Positions 1 to 20,590 of a stretch of DNA of 64,000 nucleotides are shown here, piece after piece (the stretch's first letter is position 1; the number at the start of each line of letters is the position of its first letter). The stretch comes from the human T2T-CHM13v2.0 reference genome, Homo sapiens. Made by a program: the position numbers and the translations under genes. The notes under the pieces are model-generated. The model was not told the origin of the DNA. It saw only the letters and a list, made by a program, of their open reading frames with translations, and did not search any database. The DNA lies in the NCBI RefSeq assembly GCF_009914755.1, contig NC_060947.1; one strand, given 5' to 3'.

Positions 1-1040
<1,040 letters not shown>

Positions 1041-1425
1041 TAAGGAGAATGAAAAAAACCTGTTAGGTGAACAGAAACAAAAACAACCACAGACCACTAT
1101 AGTTGTCATCCCCACCCACCCATATCCCCTTCCAATGCTGCTCTGACTTGCAACTGTCAATGCCCAACTGCCTGAAAAGCCAGTGTACTTTCCAACTTTT
1201 GTTAAACCTCAGGAAGGCTAAAAGGTGCATGAGAACAACTGGGGGCCTCACAACCATGTGAGTTTTTTCATTAGGTCATCAGCGTCCTTTCTCCCTAGAT
1301 GTAATCTACATCAGGGCAGGGATTTTTTTTTGTCTATTTTCTTTTTTATTATTATTAACGTTGGTTATTTATTTATGGACCTACTCATTTTAGCATGGTA
1401 AAATGTACTCAAAATAAAATTTACT

Positions 1426-1769
1426 ATTTTTTCTTCAACTTTTAAGTTCCAGGGTACATGTGCAGGATGCGCAGGTTTGTTACATAGGTAAATGTGTGCC
1501 ATGCTGGTTTGCTGCACAGATCAACCCATCACCTAGGTATTAAGCCCAGCATCCATTATTCTTCATGTTGCTCTCTCCCTCCACCCCCCACCAATGACAG
1601 GCTCCAGTGTGTATTGTTCCCCTCGAAGTGTCCATGTGTTCTCATCGTTCAGCTCCCAGTTATAAGAGAGAACATTTGGTGTTTGGTTTTCTGTTTCTAC
1701 GTGAGTTTGCTGAGGATAACGGCTTCCAGCTTCATCCCTGTCCCTGCAAAGGACATGATCTTGTTCCTT
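1426..1769 (-). mobile_element. Older L1PA 3' end (about 340 bp) nested in L1MB
   Basis: Begins TTTTAAGTTCCAGGGTACATGTGCAGG, the antisense L1PA 3' terminus; the host resumes at TCAGTGACATTAAG. Confidence 0.85.
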
Positions 1770-3309
1770 TCAGTGACATTAAGTACATTCACATTGCTAT
1801 TCAACCATCGTCACCATAAATCTATCTTCAGAACTTTTTCATCTTCCCCAGCTGAAACTCTACGCCCATTAAACTATAATTATCCATTTCCCTCTCCCCT
1901 AGTCCTTGGGAACCACCATTCTACTTTCTGTCTCTATGAATATGACTATTATAGGTACCTCATATAAGTAGAATCATATAGTATTTGTACTTTTGTGGTT
2001 GGCTTACTTCACTTAGCATAATATCTTCAAGGTCTACCCACATTGTAGGATGTGACAGAACTTCCATCTTTTTTAAGGCTGAATAATATTCCACTATAAG
2101 TTGATGCCAAGTTATGTTTATACATCCATTCATCAATGAACATTTGGGTTGTTTCTGTATCTTGGCTATTGTGAATAATGGTGCTATTAACATGGCTTTA
2201 AAAATACCAGTTCAAGTCCCTGCTTTCATTTATTTGGGGTATATACCCAGAAGTGGTATTGCTAGACCACATGGTAATTCTGTATTTAATTTTTTGAGGA
2301 ACTGCCATACCGTTTTGCACAGTGGCTACACTATTTTACACTCCCACCAGCAATGAAGAAGGGTTCCAGTTTTTCCACGTCCTCATCAATATTTGTTATT
2401 TTGGTTTTTTTTTTCATAATAGACACCCTAGTTGGTATGAAGTAGTATCTTATTGTGGTTTTGATCTGCATTTCGCTAATGATTAGTGATGCTGATTATC
2501 TTTTAATGTGCTGATTAGCCGTTGATACATCTTCTTTGGAGATATGTCTGCTTGACTCTTTTCCCATTTTTTAACCAGGTTGTTGTTTATTGTTATTGTT
2601 GTTGTTGAATTGTATGATTTCTTTATATATTTGGAATATCAATCCCTAATCAGATATATGATTTGAAAATATTTTCTCACATTCCATAGGTTGCCTTTTC
2701 ACTCTGTTGATAGCATCTTTTGATGCAGAAACCTTTTTTATTTTGATGAGGTTCAATTTATCTATTTTCTCTTTTGTTGTCTGTGTTTTTCATGTCATAT
2801 CCAACAAATCATTACCAAATCTAATATGAGGCTTTTTCCTATGTTTTCTTCTAAAAGTTTATAGTTTTAGCTCTTATGTTTAAGTCTTCAATCCATTTTG
2901 AGTTAATTTCTGTATATGGTATAATGTAAGGATTCAATTCATTTTCTTGGATGTGGATATCCAGTTTTCCCAACACTATTTGTCAAAAAGACTGTACTTT
3001 CCCCATTGAATGATCTTGGTACTCTTGTCAAAACTAACTTGGCCATATATGTAAAAATTTATTTCTGATCTCTATGTTTCTACTCTATTGTTCTAAATGT
3101 CTGTCTTTATGCCAGTATCATACTGGTTTGATTACCATAGCATAATGTACTGTAAGTTTTGAAATTAGAAAGTATGAGACCTCCAACTTTGCTCGTCTTT
3201 TCAGAGATTTTCTTGGCTATTTAATGCCTCTTAAAATTACACAAGAATTTTACAATGGATTTTTCTATTTCTGCAAAAAGAAGAAAACACCCATGGGTAA
3301 ACAAGATAC

Positions 3310-3428
3310 CTTGGCACATGCCTGTTGTCTCAGCTACTGGGGAGACTGAGGTGGAAGGATCACTTGAGCCCAGGAGTTTGAGACCCCTGGACAACATAGC
3401 AAGACTCTGTCTCTAAAAAAATTAAAAA
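3310..3428 (+). mobile_element. FLAM/Alu monomer
   Basis: GGATCACTTGAGCCCAGGAGTTTGAGACC...GCAAGACTCTGTCTCT followed by an A tail. Confidence 0.85.
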
Positions 3429-4173
3429 TGACACCATTGGGATTTTGATAGGGATTGCGTTGAATCTGTAGATAACTTTGGGTAGAACTGACATCTTAGC
3501 AATATTACCTCTTCCAACCTAGGAACACAGGACATATTTTCATTTATTAGTGTCTTCTTTGATTTCTTTCAGCAGCAATTTGTAGTTTTCAGTGTACAAG
3601 TCTTTCATCGCCTTGGTTAAGTTTATTTCTAAGTATTCTATTCTTTTTGATGCTATTGTAAATGACACTGTTTTCCTAATTTCCTTTTAAGTTAAAACTG
3701 ATTTTGAAATTAAAGCTAATTTTGTACACTGATGTTATAGCTTGCAGCTTTGCTAAATTAGTGTATCTCTTCTTAACACCTAGATTCCTAATGTCTATCG
3801 CCTGTAACATAGTGGGTACTCAATAACTGTCTATTGAGTAAACAAAGAAGTCTCTTGAAAGAGCCTCCCTCTTGCTGCTGCTAATGGTGCTTCTCATGAG
3901 AATGTTCATTCCAATGATGTTATTTCACTAATGAGAAAAGCCTTCTCCCAGATATTGTAATACTCTTTGTTATCGGAGCCCTACAGTAGTATTACTCATT
4001 TCTAGAGTCCATAGAGCCTCTCAGCCAGGATTCAAATGCAGCTGGTATGCACCAGTACCTGTGTCTGTTATTTAACAACATGCCTATTGTTAAAACATTG
4101 AAATACTTCCATACCTATTGATAAATAATGACTTCTTTCCGTATCTCAAGTGGCCCCACTACTAGATTTATCA

Positions 4174-4636
4174 TGTGGTAAATTGTTTCAGTAATGATGT
4201 GACTGATGAATCACACTTGTCTATGTTCTCTCTCTTATGTGGTTCCCTCCCACATTGACTCTGGGCTTGGCCATGTGACTTGCTTTCACTAATGGGACAT
4301 CAGCAAATGTGATGTGAGCAGAGGCTTGAAATGGTTTGTGTATTGGAGTTATTCATGGGAAACTAGCCACCATGTGAAGCAGCCCAGGCTATTCTACATA
4401 AGCTATATGGCCCAGACAACAGACAGAAACCAACTATAAGACATGTGAGTGAGATCATTTTTGACCACCCAGTCCCAGTAAAGCTAATAGCTGACTGCAG
4501 CCACATACATGACCCCTGCAAAATAACTGCTCAGCCCAAATCACTCAGACCCATAGATTTGTGAGCAAATAAAATAATTACGGCTTTAAACCACTAAGTA
4601 TTGGAGCGGTTGCTTATGAAACCAAGCTAACTATAA
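4174..4636 (+). mobile_element. MaLR solo LTR (MLT1 family)
   Basis: GGGCTTGGCCATGTGACTTGCTTT...GCAGAGGCTTGAAA core and a TTTAAACCACTAAG... 3' end, both typical of MLT1. Confidence 0.75.
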
Positions 4637-6125
4637 ATGGACAAAACTACTCCCTCAGGCTCCAAAGATGTGAAATAACAGGAAGCTCACAGCATGCAAA
4701 TGCTGGTTACTCCATACCTGAGAGAATAGCGTTCACTTTTAGGAAAAATATACAGAAACAGCTCCCAACTAATTGAAAATATATTCTGCCTATTTGAAAA
4801 ATTTCAATCAACTACTAATACCACCTGGTACTAACCAGGTGGTAGATTTTTTTCCCCTTGAAAGAGATGAGAAGTTATCTTCAAAGACTTTCACTTTATG
4901 ATTTATTGCTTCAATCTCCTTTAGAAGACCAAAAAATATTTAATTCTAACAGGAGCTTAATTCTTTTTGCAGTTTCACCTCCTATCTTCTCAATTATAAA
5001 GAGAAGTAAATCTTACTTGCTAAAGAATTACATCTCTAAGGTCACCGTTTAAACTTCCAGCTAAAATAATTTGCCCTCTACTTCTTTCATGTTTAAAGGG
5101 TGCACATTTCTGTGTCTTCAAGGGGGTGACACAGCTAATGTTTCTTAAATCCACAATTCTGCTTTCATGAAATCAACAAAGGTCTTCTGTGACTTTCTAT
5201 GAAGACAAAAGATTCAATTTCTAGCCACCTAAAGAAAGGATAGCTTTTCTGTGCCAGAGAGATTCAGAATTCCTTGAATCAAGTGTCATGATGTCTGGCA
5301 ACTTTTCAACAACCTTGCTTTTCTTTGCTCAAGAAAATCTAAAGCTCTAATAGACCAGTCAAGTGAAATTTCCCATAGAATACAATCTTTAGAGACCATA
5401 GAATCAAGTTAGAATGACAAAAATGTGACTTTTCTCTTCTATGTCTAGGATCTTTTATCAGAATTGAAACCGGTTTTGCTTCACCATTATTTTTCAACAA
5501 AACAACGTGTCATACTCTCAGGTTTATTATTTATTTTGCCTGGGATCATTAACTCAATTGGCTTGTGCTTATTGTTAATGAGGCTGTGATCTTCATGTAC
5601 TCAGTCCCACTATGGGCCAGTTGGCTTTCCATAGAAATGGATTGCACCCTTGGCTTCAGTGCCAATCTCACCCCGACCTCAGCCAGATCACCTTGCACTC
5701 AAGAAGGACAAGTCATATTACAGCTACATATGTGTGAACATTCCTATCATGAGAACAATTCAATCTTTGTTTAGGGGTGTAATGAGGTTTGCCATCACTT
5801 GAACAAGATTTAACTGGAAAAAAAAGGTTCTAACTTGAATTTGGGGCTCTGGTATGAGTCCACATAGAGCACATTTACGGTGTTTTAGAGCAATGATGAG
5901 CTGCTATAACAAACAATACTAAAAATACAATGATTTTATTTTCCTTGTAATAAACATTTTTAAAAACCACTTTGTTAAGGTATAATTGGCATGTAAAAAA
6001 CTGTACTTATTTAATGTATACAACTCGATAAGTTTGGAGATAAGTATACACCTGTGAAACCACCACGACCATCAAGGCCATATTCCTATCCATTATCTCA
6101 TGAAGTTTCCTCCTGCCCCTTTATC

Positions 6126-6153
6126 GTGTGTGTGTGTGTGAGAATGTGTGTGT
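6126..6153. repeat. (TG)n microsatellite, interrupted
   Basis: GTGTGTGTGTGTGTG-AGAA-TGTGTGTGT. Confidence 0.85.
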
Positions 6154-7738
6154 AGGAACACTTAATATCTACTCTCAAAAAATTTTAAGTATACAATATT
6201 GTTAGCTATAGGCACTATGTGTATAGTAGATCTTGGGAACTATTTATCTTGCGTAACTAAAATTTTGTACCCTTTGGTCATCATCTCCCAGTTTCCCTCT
6301 ATGCCAGCCCCTGACAACCACCATTCTACTCTCTGCTTCTGTGAGTTTGAATAATATATATTCCACATATAAATGAGATCATACAGTATTTGTCTCTGTG
6401 TTTGGCTTATTTCACTTAGCATGATGTCCTACAGGTCCATCTATGTTGTCTCAGATGGCAGGATTTCCTTTCTTTCTAAGGCTGCAGAGTATCACATTTT
6501 CTCTATCCATTCATCCATCAATGGATACCATATCTTGGCTATTGTGAAAAATGCTGACATTAACATGAGAGTGCAGGTACTGCTTTGAGATCCAGATTTC
6601 CATTCCTTTGGATAAATACCCAAAAGTAGGATTGCTGAATCATACGGCAGTACTATTTTTAATTTTTTGAGGAACCTCCATACTGTTTTCCATAATGGCT
6701 GTACCAATTAACATTCCTGCCAACAGTTTACCAGAGTTCCCTTTTCTCTACATCTTCACCAACACTTATCTTTTTTTTTAATAAGAGCCATTCTAACAGG
6801 TATAAGGTGATATTTTATTATGGTTTTTATTTACATTTTCCTAATGATTAGTGATGTTGAGCATCTATTCATATGCCTGTGGCCATGTGCATGTCTTCTT
6901 TGGAGGAATGTCCATTCAGGTCATTTGGCCATTTTTATTATAAATTGACAGTTATAGTTGTATATATTTATGATATATAAAGTGATGTTTATAAATGAAA
7001 TGTGGAATCAAATTAATTAACTCTCCATTGCCTTAAATACTTACCTTTTTTGTGACCAGAACATTTGAAATTTACCCTTGTAGAGATTTTAAAATGTGTA
7101 ATACACTATTATTAACTATACTCACCATTCTGTGCAATAGATAACAATAAAAAATTTTATTCCTTCTGTCTAACTGAAGCTTTGTACCCTTTAACTATCA
7201 CTCTCCTTTTCCCCACCCTCTAGCCTCTGGTAACCACCATTCTACTCTCTGCATCTATGAGTTTAATTGTTTTAGATTCCACATATAAGTGAGAACATGC
7301 AGTATGTGTCTTCCTGTGCCTGGTTTATTTCACTTAGCATAATTCTCTCTAATTCCATCCATGTTGTTGAAAATGACAGAATTTTTTTCTTTTTAAGGCT
7401 GAATAGTATTTCATTGTACATATATATCCCAAGTTTTCCTTTCCAATTCATCTGTTCATGGAAACTTAGGTTGATTCTATAACTTGGCTATTGTAAATAA
7501 TGCTGCAATGAATATGGGAGTACAGATATCTTTTTGACATACTGATTCCAATTCCCTTGAATATATACACAGTACTGGGATTGCTGGATCATATGGTAGT
7601 TCTACTTTTAGTTTCTTCTTAGCAACCTTCATATGGCTTTCAATAATATCTATACTAATTTACATTACCACTAACAGTGAACAAGGGTTCCCTTTTCTCA
7701 ACATCCTCACTGACACTCGTTTAGCTTTCAGTCTTTTT

Positions 7739-14280
<6,542 letters not shown>

Positions 14281-14572
14281 TCAATCTTTTTAATAATAGT
14301 CATTCTGACAGATGTGAGATAATATCTCATTGTGGTTTTCATTTGAATGTCCCTAATAATTAGTGATGTTGGGCATTTTTTCATGTGTCTGTTGGCCGTT
14401 TGTATGTCTTCTTTTGAAAAATATCTATTCAGGTCCTTTGCCCATTTTTTTAATTGAATTATTTGTTTTCTTTCTATAGAGTTGTTTGGGTGGCTTACAT
14501 ATTCTAGATATTAACCCCTTATCAGATGTATGACTTGCACATATTTTCTCCTGTATGTTTTCTTCTATTAAT

Positions 14573-14620
14573 TATTAGGTTGATGCAAAATTAATTGCGG
14601 TTTTTGCCACTAAAAGTAAT
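14573..14620. mobile_element. MADE1 (Hsmar1 MITE), partial
   Basis: TTAGGTTGATGCAAAATTAATTGCGGTTTTTGCC matches the Hsmar1 terminal inverted repeat; the second TIR is absent. Confidence 0.85.
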
Positions 14621-16090
14621 AGTTGTACAGTTTCAGGTCTTATGTTTAAGTCATTATCCATTTTGATTTTTGTATATAGTGTGAGATAAGGGTCCAATTT
14701 CATTCCTCTGTATACGAATATCAACTTTTCACAATACCATTTATTGAAGAGATTGCCCTTTCCCATTGTGCATTCTTGACACTTTTGTCAAAAGTCATGT
14801 GTGGGTTCATTTCTGGGCTCTCTATTCTGTTCCATTGGTCAATGTTCTATTTTTATGCCAGCCACATGCTCTTTTAATTACTTCAGCTTTGTAGTATAGA
14901 CTGAAATCAGGTAGTGTGATACCTCCAGCTTTGTTCTTTTGAGTCAGGATTGCCTTTGCTATTCAGAGTTTCTTGTTGTTCCTTGTGAATTTTAGGATTG
15001 CTCTTTCTTTTTCTGTGAAAAATGTCACTGGAATTTCGACAGGGAGTGCATTGAATATGTAGATTGTTTGGGGTAGTATGAACATTTTAACAATATTAAT
15101 TCTTCCAATCCATGAACATGAGATATATTTCCATTTATTTATGTCATCTTCAATTTATTTCATTAAATGTTTTATAATTTTCAGTGTACAGGTATTTTAC
15201 CACATCGGTTAACTATTTTCCTAAGTATCATATTTTTTGCAGCTATCATAAATGGGATTGTTCTCTGTTTCTTTTTTGGAAAGCTTTTTGTTAGTCTTTG
15301 CCCATTTTTTTAATCAAGTTACTTGTTTGTTCACTAAACTGTAGTAGTTGCTTACGTATTTTGGATATTAGCCACTTATCAGATATATGGTTTGCAAATA
15401 TTTTCTCCCATCCCATAAGTTGGCTTTTCATTTTATTGATTGTTTCCTTTGCCGTGCAGAAGATTTTTAGTTCGATGTAATCCCACTTGTTTATTTTTGC
15501 TTTTTTTTTTTTCGCTTGCGCTTTTGGTATCATATCCAAAAAAAATTATTGCAAAGATCAATGACAAGGAGGAATTTCTCTATGTTTTCTTCTATCAGTT
15601 TTATAATTTTAGGCTTTAAGTCCTTAAACTATTTTGAATTGATTTGTGTGTGTGGTATAAGATATAGGTTCAATTTCATTCTGTTGCATATGGATGATAT
15701 CCAGTTTTCCCAACACCATTTGTCAAGAAGATTATCCTTTCCCCATTTTGTGCCTTTGTCAAAATTAGTTAACTGTATATACGTTTGTTTATTTCTGGGC
15801 TATCTATTCTGTTCCATTGTTCTATGTGCCTGTTTTTATGCCAACATCATACTGTTTTGATTACTATAGCTTTGTAATAGAATTTCATCAGGAAGCATGA
15901 TGCCTCCAGCTTTGTTCTTGCTCAAGATTGCTTTGACTATTTGGAGTCTTTTGTGCTTCTATATAAATTTTAGGATTTTTCTGATTTCTTCACTTTTAGA
16001 CTATGTGTGTCCTTAATGTCAACGTGTGTCCCTTGTAGGCAGTATGCAGTTGGATCTTGATTTTTTTTATCTATTTAGCCACTCTATGTA

Positions 16091-16443
16091 ATGGAATACT
16101 ATGCAGCCATAAAAAAGGATGAGTTCATGTCCTTTGTAGGGACATGGATGAAGCTGGAAACCATCATTCTCAGCAAACTATCGCAAGGACAGAAAACCAA
16201 ACACTGCATGTTCTCACTCATAGGTGGGAATTGAACAATGAGAACACTTGGATACAGGGTGGGGAACATCCCACACCAGAGCCTGTTGTGGGTGGGGGAG
16301 GGAGGAGGGATAGCATTAGGAGATAAACCTAATGTAAATGACGAGTTAATGGGTGCAGCACAGCAACATGGCACATGTATACATTTGTAACAAACCTGCA
16401 TGTTGTGCACATGTACCCTAGAACTTAAAGTATAATAAAAAAA
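16091..16443 (+). mobile_element. L1PA5-like 3' end (about 350 bp), no TSD
   Basis: CCTAATGTAAATGACGAGTTAATGGG...CCCTAGAACTTAAAGTATAAT followed by an A tail. Confidence 0.9.
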
Positions 16444-16947
16444 TATATTCCATGTAAATGGTGACTAAAAGAGAGCAGGGGTGGCTATACTAATATCAAA
16501 TAAAATAGACTATGTCAAAAAGTGTCATGAGACAAAAGAAAATCATTATATAATTACGAACAAGATGATATAACAATTGTAAATATATGCACCCAACATC
16601 ATAGTACATAAATAAATAAAGCAAATACAAACAATTGAAGGGAGAAATAGATGGCAATACAATATTAGTAAGGAACTGCAATACCCCACTTTTAACAATA
16701 GATAGGCCATCCAGACAGAAAAGCAATAGGGAAATAGCAGACTTGAACAACACTGTAGACTGAATGAACTTGGAAGACATATACAGAATATTGCATCCAA
16801 CAGCAGCAAGAATACACATTCTTCTCAAGTTCATACAGAACATTTGCCAAGATAGATTATACATTAGCCACAAAATAAGACTTCATAAATTTAAGAAGAT
16901 TAAAATAATATGAAGTATTTTTTCTGATCAAAATGGTGTGAAACTAG

Positions 16948-17046
16948 AAATAACCAAACAAATTCACCACTGCACTCTAGTCTGGGCAACAGAGCAAGAC
17001 CATCTCTCTTTAAAAAAAAAAAAAAAAGGAAGAAAAGGGAAGAGAA
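16948..17046 (+). repeat. Inverted duplicate of 18015-18108 (Alu 3' end plus flank)
   Basis: Direct reverse-complement comparison gives about 4 substitutions plus an A-run length difference. Confidence 0.9.
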
Positions 17047-18019
17047 AGGTTTGAAAGTAGCAAGAGAAAAGCAACTCATGACATACAAAGGAACTCACAT
17101 AATACTATCAGCAGATTTCTCAGCAAAATCCTTGTACACAGGAGAGAGTGAGATGATATATTCAAAGTGCTGAAAGAAAAAGAAAAACTCTGAACCAAGC
17201 ATTGTTTACCTGTCAAAGCTATCATTAAATATGAGGAAGAGAAAAAGATTCTTTCAGACAAACAAAAGCTGGTGGAGTTCATCACCACTAGACCTCCCTT
17301 ATAAGAAATGCTATAAGGAGTTCTTCAAGTTATAACAAAAGGATGCTAATTACCAATATGAAACCATGTGAAAGTACAAAACTCACTGGTAAAGTAAGTG
17401 CATAGTCAAACCCATAATAACCTAATACTATAATGATGGTACATAAATCACTTTTAACTCTAGTATAAAAGTTAAAAGAAAATTAAAAAAAACTATAGCT
17501 ACAATAATTTGTTAATGGATACACAATCTAAAAAGATGTAAACTATGACATCAACAACATAAAATGTGTGTGAGTGGAGAAGTAAAAGTGTGGAGTTTTT
17601 ATATGAGATCAAAATTAAGTTATCAGCCTAAAATAGACTGTTATGACTATAAAATGTTTTATGTAAAACTCATGGTAATCATAAAGAAAAAACCTGTAAT
17701 GGATACACAAAAAATTAAGAGAGAGTAATCAAAACACACCACTAAATAAATAATCAAATCACAAAGGAAGACAGCAAGAGGGGAAGAAAGGAACAAGGTG
17801 ACTACAAAACAAGTCAGAAAACAGTGAAAGAAATGACAATAGTACGTCCTTCACTAGCAATAATTACTTTACATGTAAATGGATTAACTTCTCCAATTAA
17901 AAGACATAGAGTGGCTAACTAGATAAAAAATCAAGATCCAACTGCATACTGCCTGCAAAGGACATACATTGACATTAAGGACACACATAGTCTAAAAGTG
18001 AAGAAATCAGAAAATTCTT

Positions 18020-18393
18020 TTTCCTTTTCTTCCTTTTTTTTTTTAAAGAGAGAGGGTCTTGCTCCGTTGCCCAGACTAGAGTGCAGTGGTGAATTTGTTT
18101 GGTTATTTTTTATGGTTTCTATCTCTTTGTTGACGTTTTTATTTCTTCATGTGCTATTCTCATAGTTCACTGCAGCATTGAATGCCAAGGCGCCAGTGAT
18201 CCTCCTGCCTTGGCCTCCTGAGTAGCTAGGACCACAGCTGCATGCCACAATGCCTGGCTAATTATTTTTTCTTTTTAGAGATGGGATCTTGCTATGTTGC
18301 CCAGGTTGGTCTCAAACTCCTGGCCTCAAACAATCCTCCCATCTCAGCTTCCCAAAGTGCTGGGATAACAGATGTGAGCCACCACATATGGCC
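18020..18393 (-). mobile_element. AluJ in L1M ORF1, with a foreign insert of about 69 bp at 18091-18159
   Basis: Antisense Alu dimer (GTTGCCCAGGTTGGTCTCAAACTCCTGGCCTCAA), highly diverged. Confidence 0.88.
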
Positions 18394-20150
18394 CATTTCT
18401 TTTCTCATAACTTTTGCTAATTTGATTACAATGTGTCTTGGTGAAAACTTTTCACATTCAATCTATTTGGAGTTCTTTGGGCTCCACGGATCTGGATATT
18501 TATTTATCTCCCCCTCCCCCACCCCAGATTTGGGTAGTGTTTTTGTCATTATTTCTTTAAATGCACTTTTTGCCCTTTTCTCTGCTCCTCCTGGAATTCC
18601 CATAATGCATATATTTGTTCTTTTGATAGTGTCCCATGGTCCTGTAGGCTTTCCTTTTTTCATTTCTTTTTTGTTTTGTTTCTCTGACTAGATAATTTAA
18701 AGTGATCTGTCTCCAAGTTCACAGATTCTTTATTTTGCTTGATCAAGTCTGCTGTTGGAGCTCTCTATTTAATTTTTCAGTTCAGTCATTGTGTTCTTCA
18801 GCTCCAGAATTTGGTTCTTTTTTTATATTTTTTCTTTGTTGACCTTCTCATTTGTTCATGTATTATTTTCTTGATTGATTCAGTTGTTTATCTGCGCTTT
18901 CTTGTAGCTCACTGAGCTTCTTAAAAACAATTATTTTGAATTCTTTGTGAGGTCACTTGTAGATCTCCATTTCTTTAGAGTTGGTCCCTGGTGCTTTATT
19001 TTGTTCCTTTGGTGGTGTCATAATTATTGGATCTCTTGTGATCCTTGTTGGCTTATATTGGTGTCGATGTATTTGAAGAAGTAGGCACCTTTTCCAGTCC
19101 TTACAGACTGTCTTTGGCAGGGAAAGCCCTCCATCAGTCATCCTGGCCAGAAATTCTGTTTGAATACACAGGTGGGCACTGTAGACGGGCCTGCTGCAAG
19201 GGTCTGCCTGCAAACAGTCAGGCCTGGATAAAACTGGTGCCTGGGTCTATGGGGCCAGCATGGCACCGGAGTCCACTGGGGCAGGCTTGGAGCATGGATC
19301 CACAAGGGGAGACCCGGGTCTGTGGTGGCTTCCCTGATGCTGGGGCAGAACTGGGCTTGGAGTATAGGTCCACAGGGGCCATTCTGGCACTGGAATGTGT
19401 CTAAAGCCTGGGTCTGTGGGGACCAGCCTGCATCTGAAGTGGGCCTGTGGTCTCTGTCTGCAGAGGGCAGACTGGTGTTTGGGACCACTGGTGCAAACCT
19501 GAAACCCAAGTTTGCAGGGATCCTCTTGATGCCAGGGCTGGTCTGGTGCTATGGTGAGCCTAGAGCCTCAGTCAGCAAGGGTGTACTTGGAGCTTAGGTC
19601 TGCTTGGACTGGCTTGTCACTGGGTTGGGCATGGAGCCCGGGTCCATTGGGGTAGAAGTGTTGCCAGAGCAGGCCTGGAACTTGGATCAGTGGCAGCTGG
19701 CCTGGCCGTGGGGTATAACTGGAGCTTTTGTCTGCACAGGTTGCCTGGTGTCTGGGACCACTGGTGCAGGCCTGAAACTTGGGTTTAGAGGGGCCAGCAT
19801 GGCACCAGGGTCCACTGGGGCTAGCTTGGAGCCTAGGACCATGGCAAAGTCAGATGCTCACTTCACTCTCTTTTCCTGACAGGAGAGCTCCAAAACAGAG
19901 AGGATCTCTCTTAGCCCCTGTGCTACACAGGCTATGGGGAGAAGTCACTTGGGCAGAGTAAAACTGTCTTTCCTACCTTCACCAGTGCATCTTTTCTCAT
20001 TTCTGTGCTCTACCCAGGTGCTATAATCCCTCACATGGATCCAGAGCTCTCATGAAGATATTTTTTGCATGGATTTGTGCATCCTAAAATTGGTGTTTCT
20101 GTGAGGGGATACAGAGTGGAACCTCCTATTCTTCCATCTTTCTGATGCCC

Positions 20151-20184
20151 AACAATACAGTGATTTAAAAAAAAAAAGAAGTTG

Positions 20185-20227
<43 letters not shown>

Positions 20228-20590
20228 ATAATATTTGCAAGTTAAGTATTAATGTATTGTCAAGGTAAACAAAGCAGCTCTGCTCCATGATTATTTAGGA
20301 GTCTGGATTTCTTTCACAGGTCTGCCCCTCCATCCCTTAGATCATGGATGCGATCTGCTTGGTCAGATTTAGGTTATCACGGGTTGCAATGTGAAGAAAG
20401 AATGTTCACTTTGTTAAGACCTTGAAGTAGAACACATCACTTCCATTCACTTTCCACTGGGGAGAGCTTAGTCAAATGACTAAATCTACTACACAAGGGA
20501 CTGTAGTAGCTATAGCTATGCACCATGTTCCTAGGAAGAAAGGAAGAACATATCTTGGCAGTCAACGAGCAGTCTTTGGAACAGATGGAA
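20151..20590 (-). mobile_element. Ancient MLT1 LTR (J/K/L-like); its other end lies at about 5895-5936; (TA)n at 20190-20223
   Basis: CATCACTTCCATTCACTTTCCACTGG...AGTCAAATGAC motif. Joining 5895-5936 to 20167 onward restores GCTGCTATAACAAAC...ATACAGTGATTTAAA. Confidence 0.55.

Larger units (their letters stand above)
1390..3750 (-). mobile_element. Old L1MB-type 3' fragment, interrupted by an L1PA 3' end and a FLAM monomer
   Basis: Antisense L1 3' UTR and ORF2 (ORF 1960..2193 MLIAPLFTIAK...), heavily diverged. Confidence 0.85.

Noticed and set aside
18950-19960. Cluster of GC-rich ORFs suggesting an exon or CpG-island gene
   Set aside because: Lies between L1M ORF1 and the L1 5' terminus/TSD, so it is the old L1 5' UTR with degenerate internal repeats.
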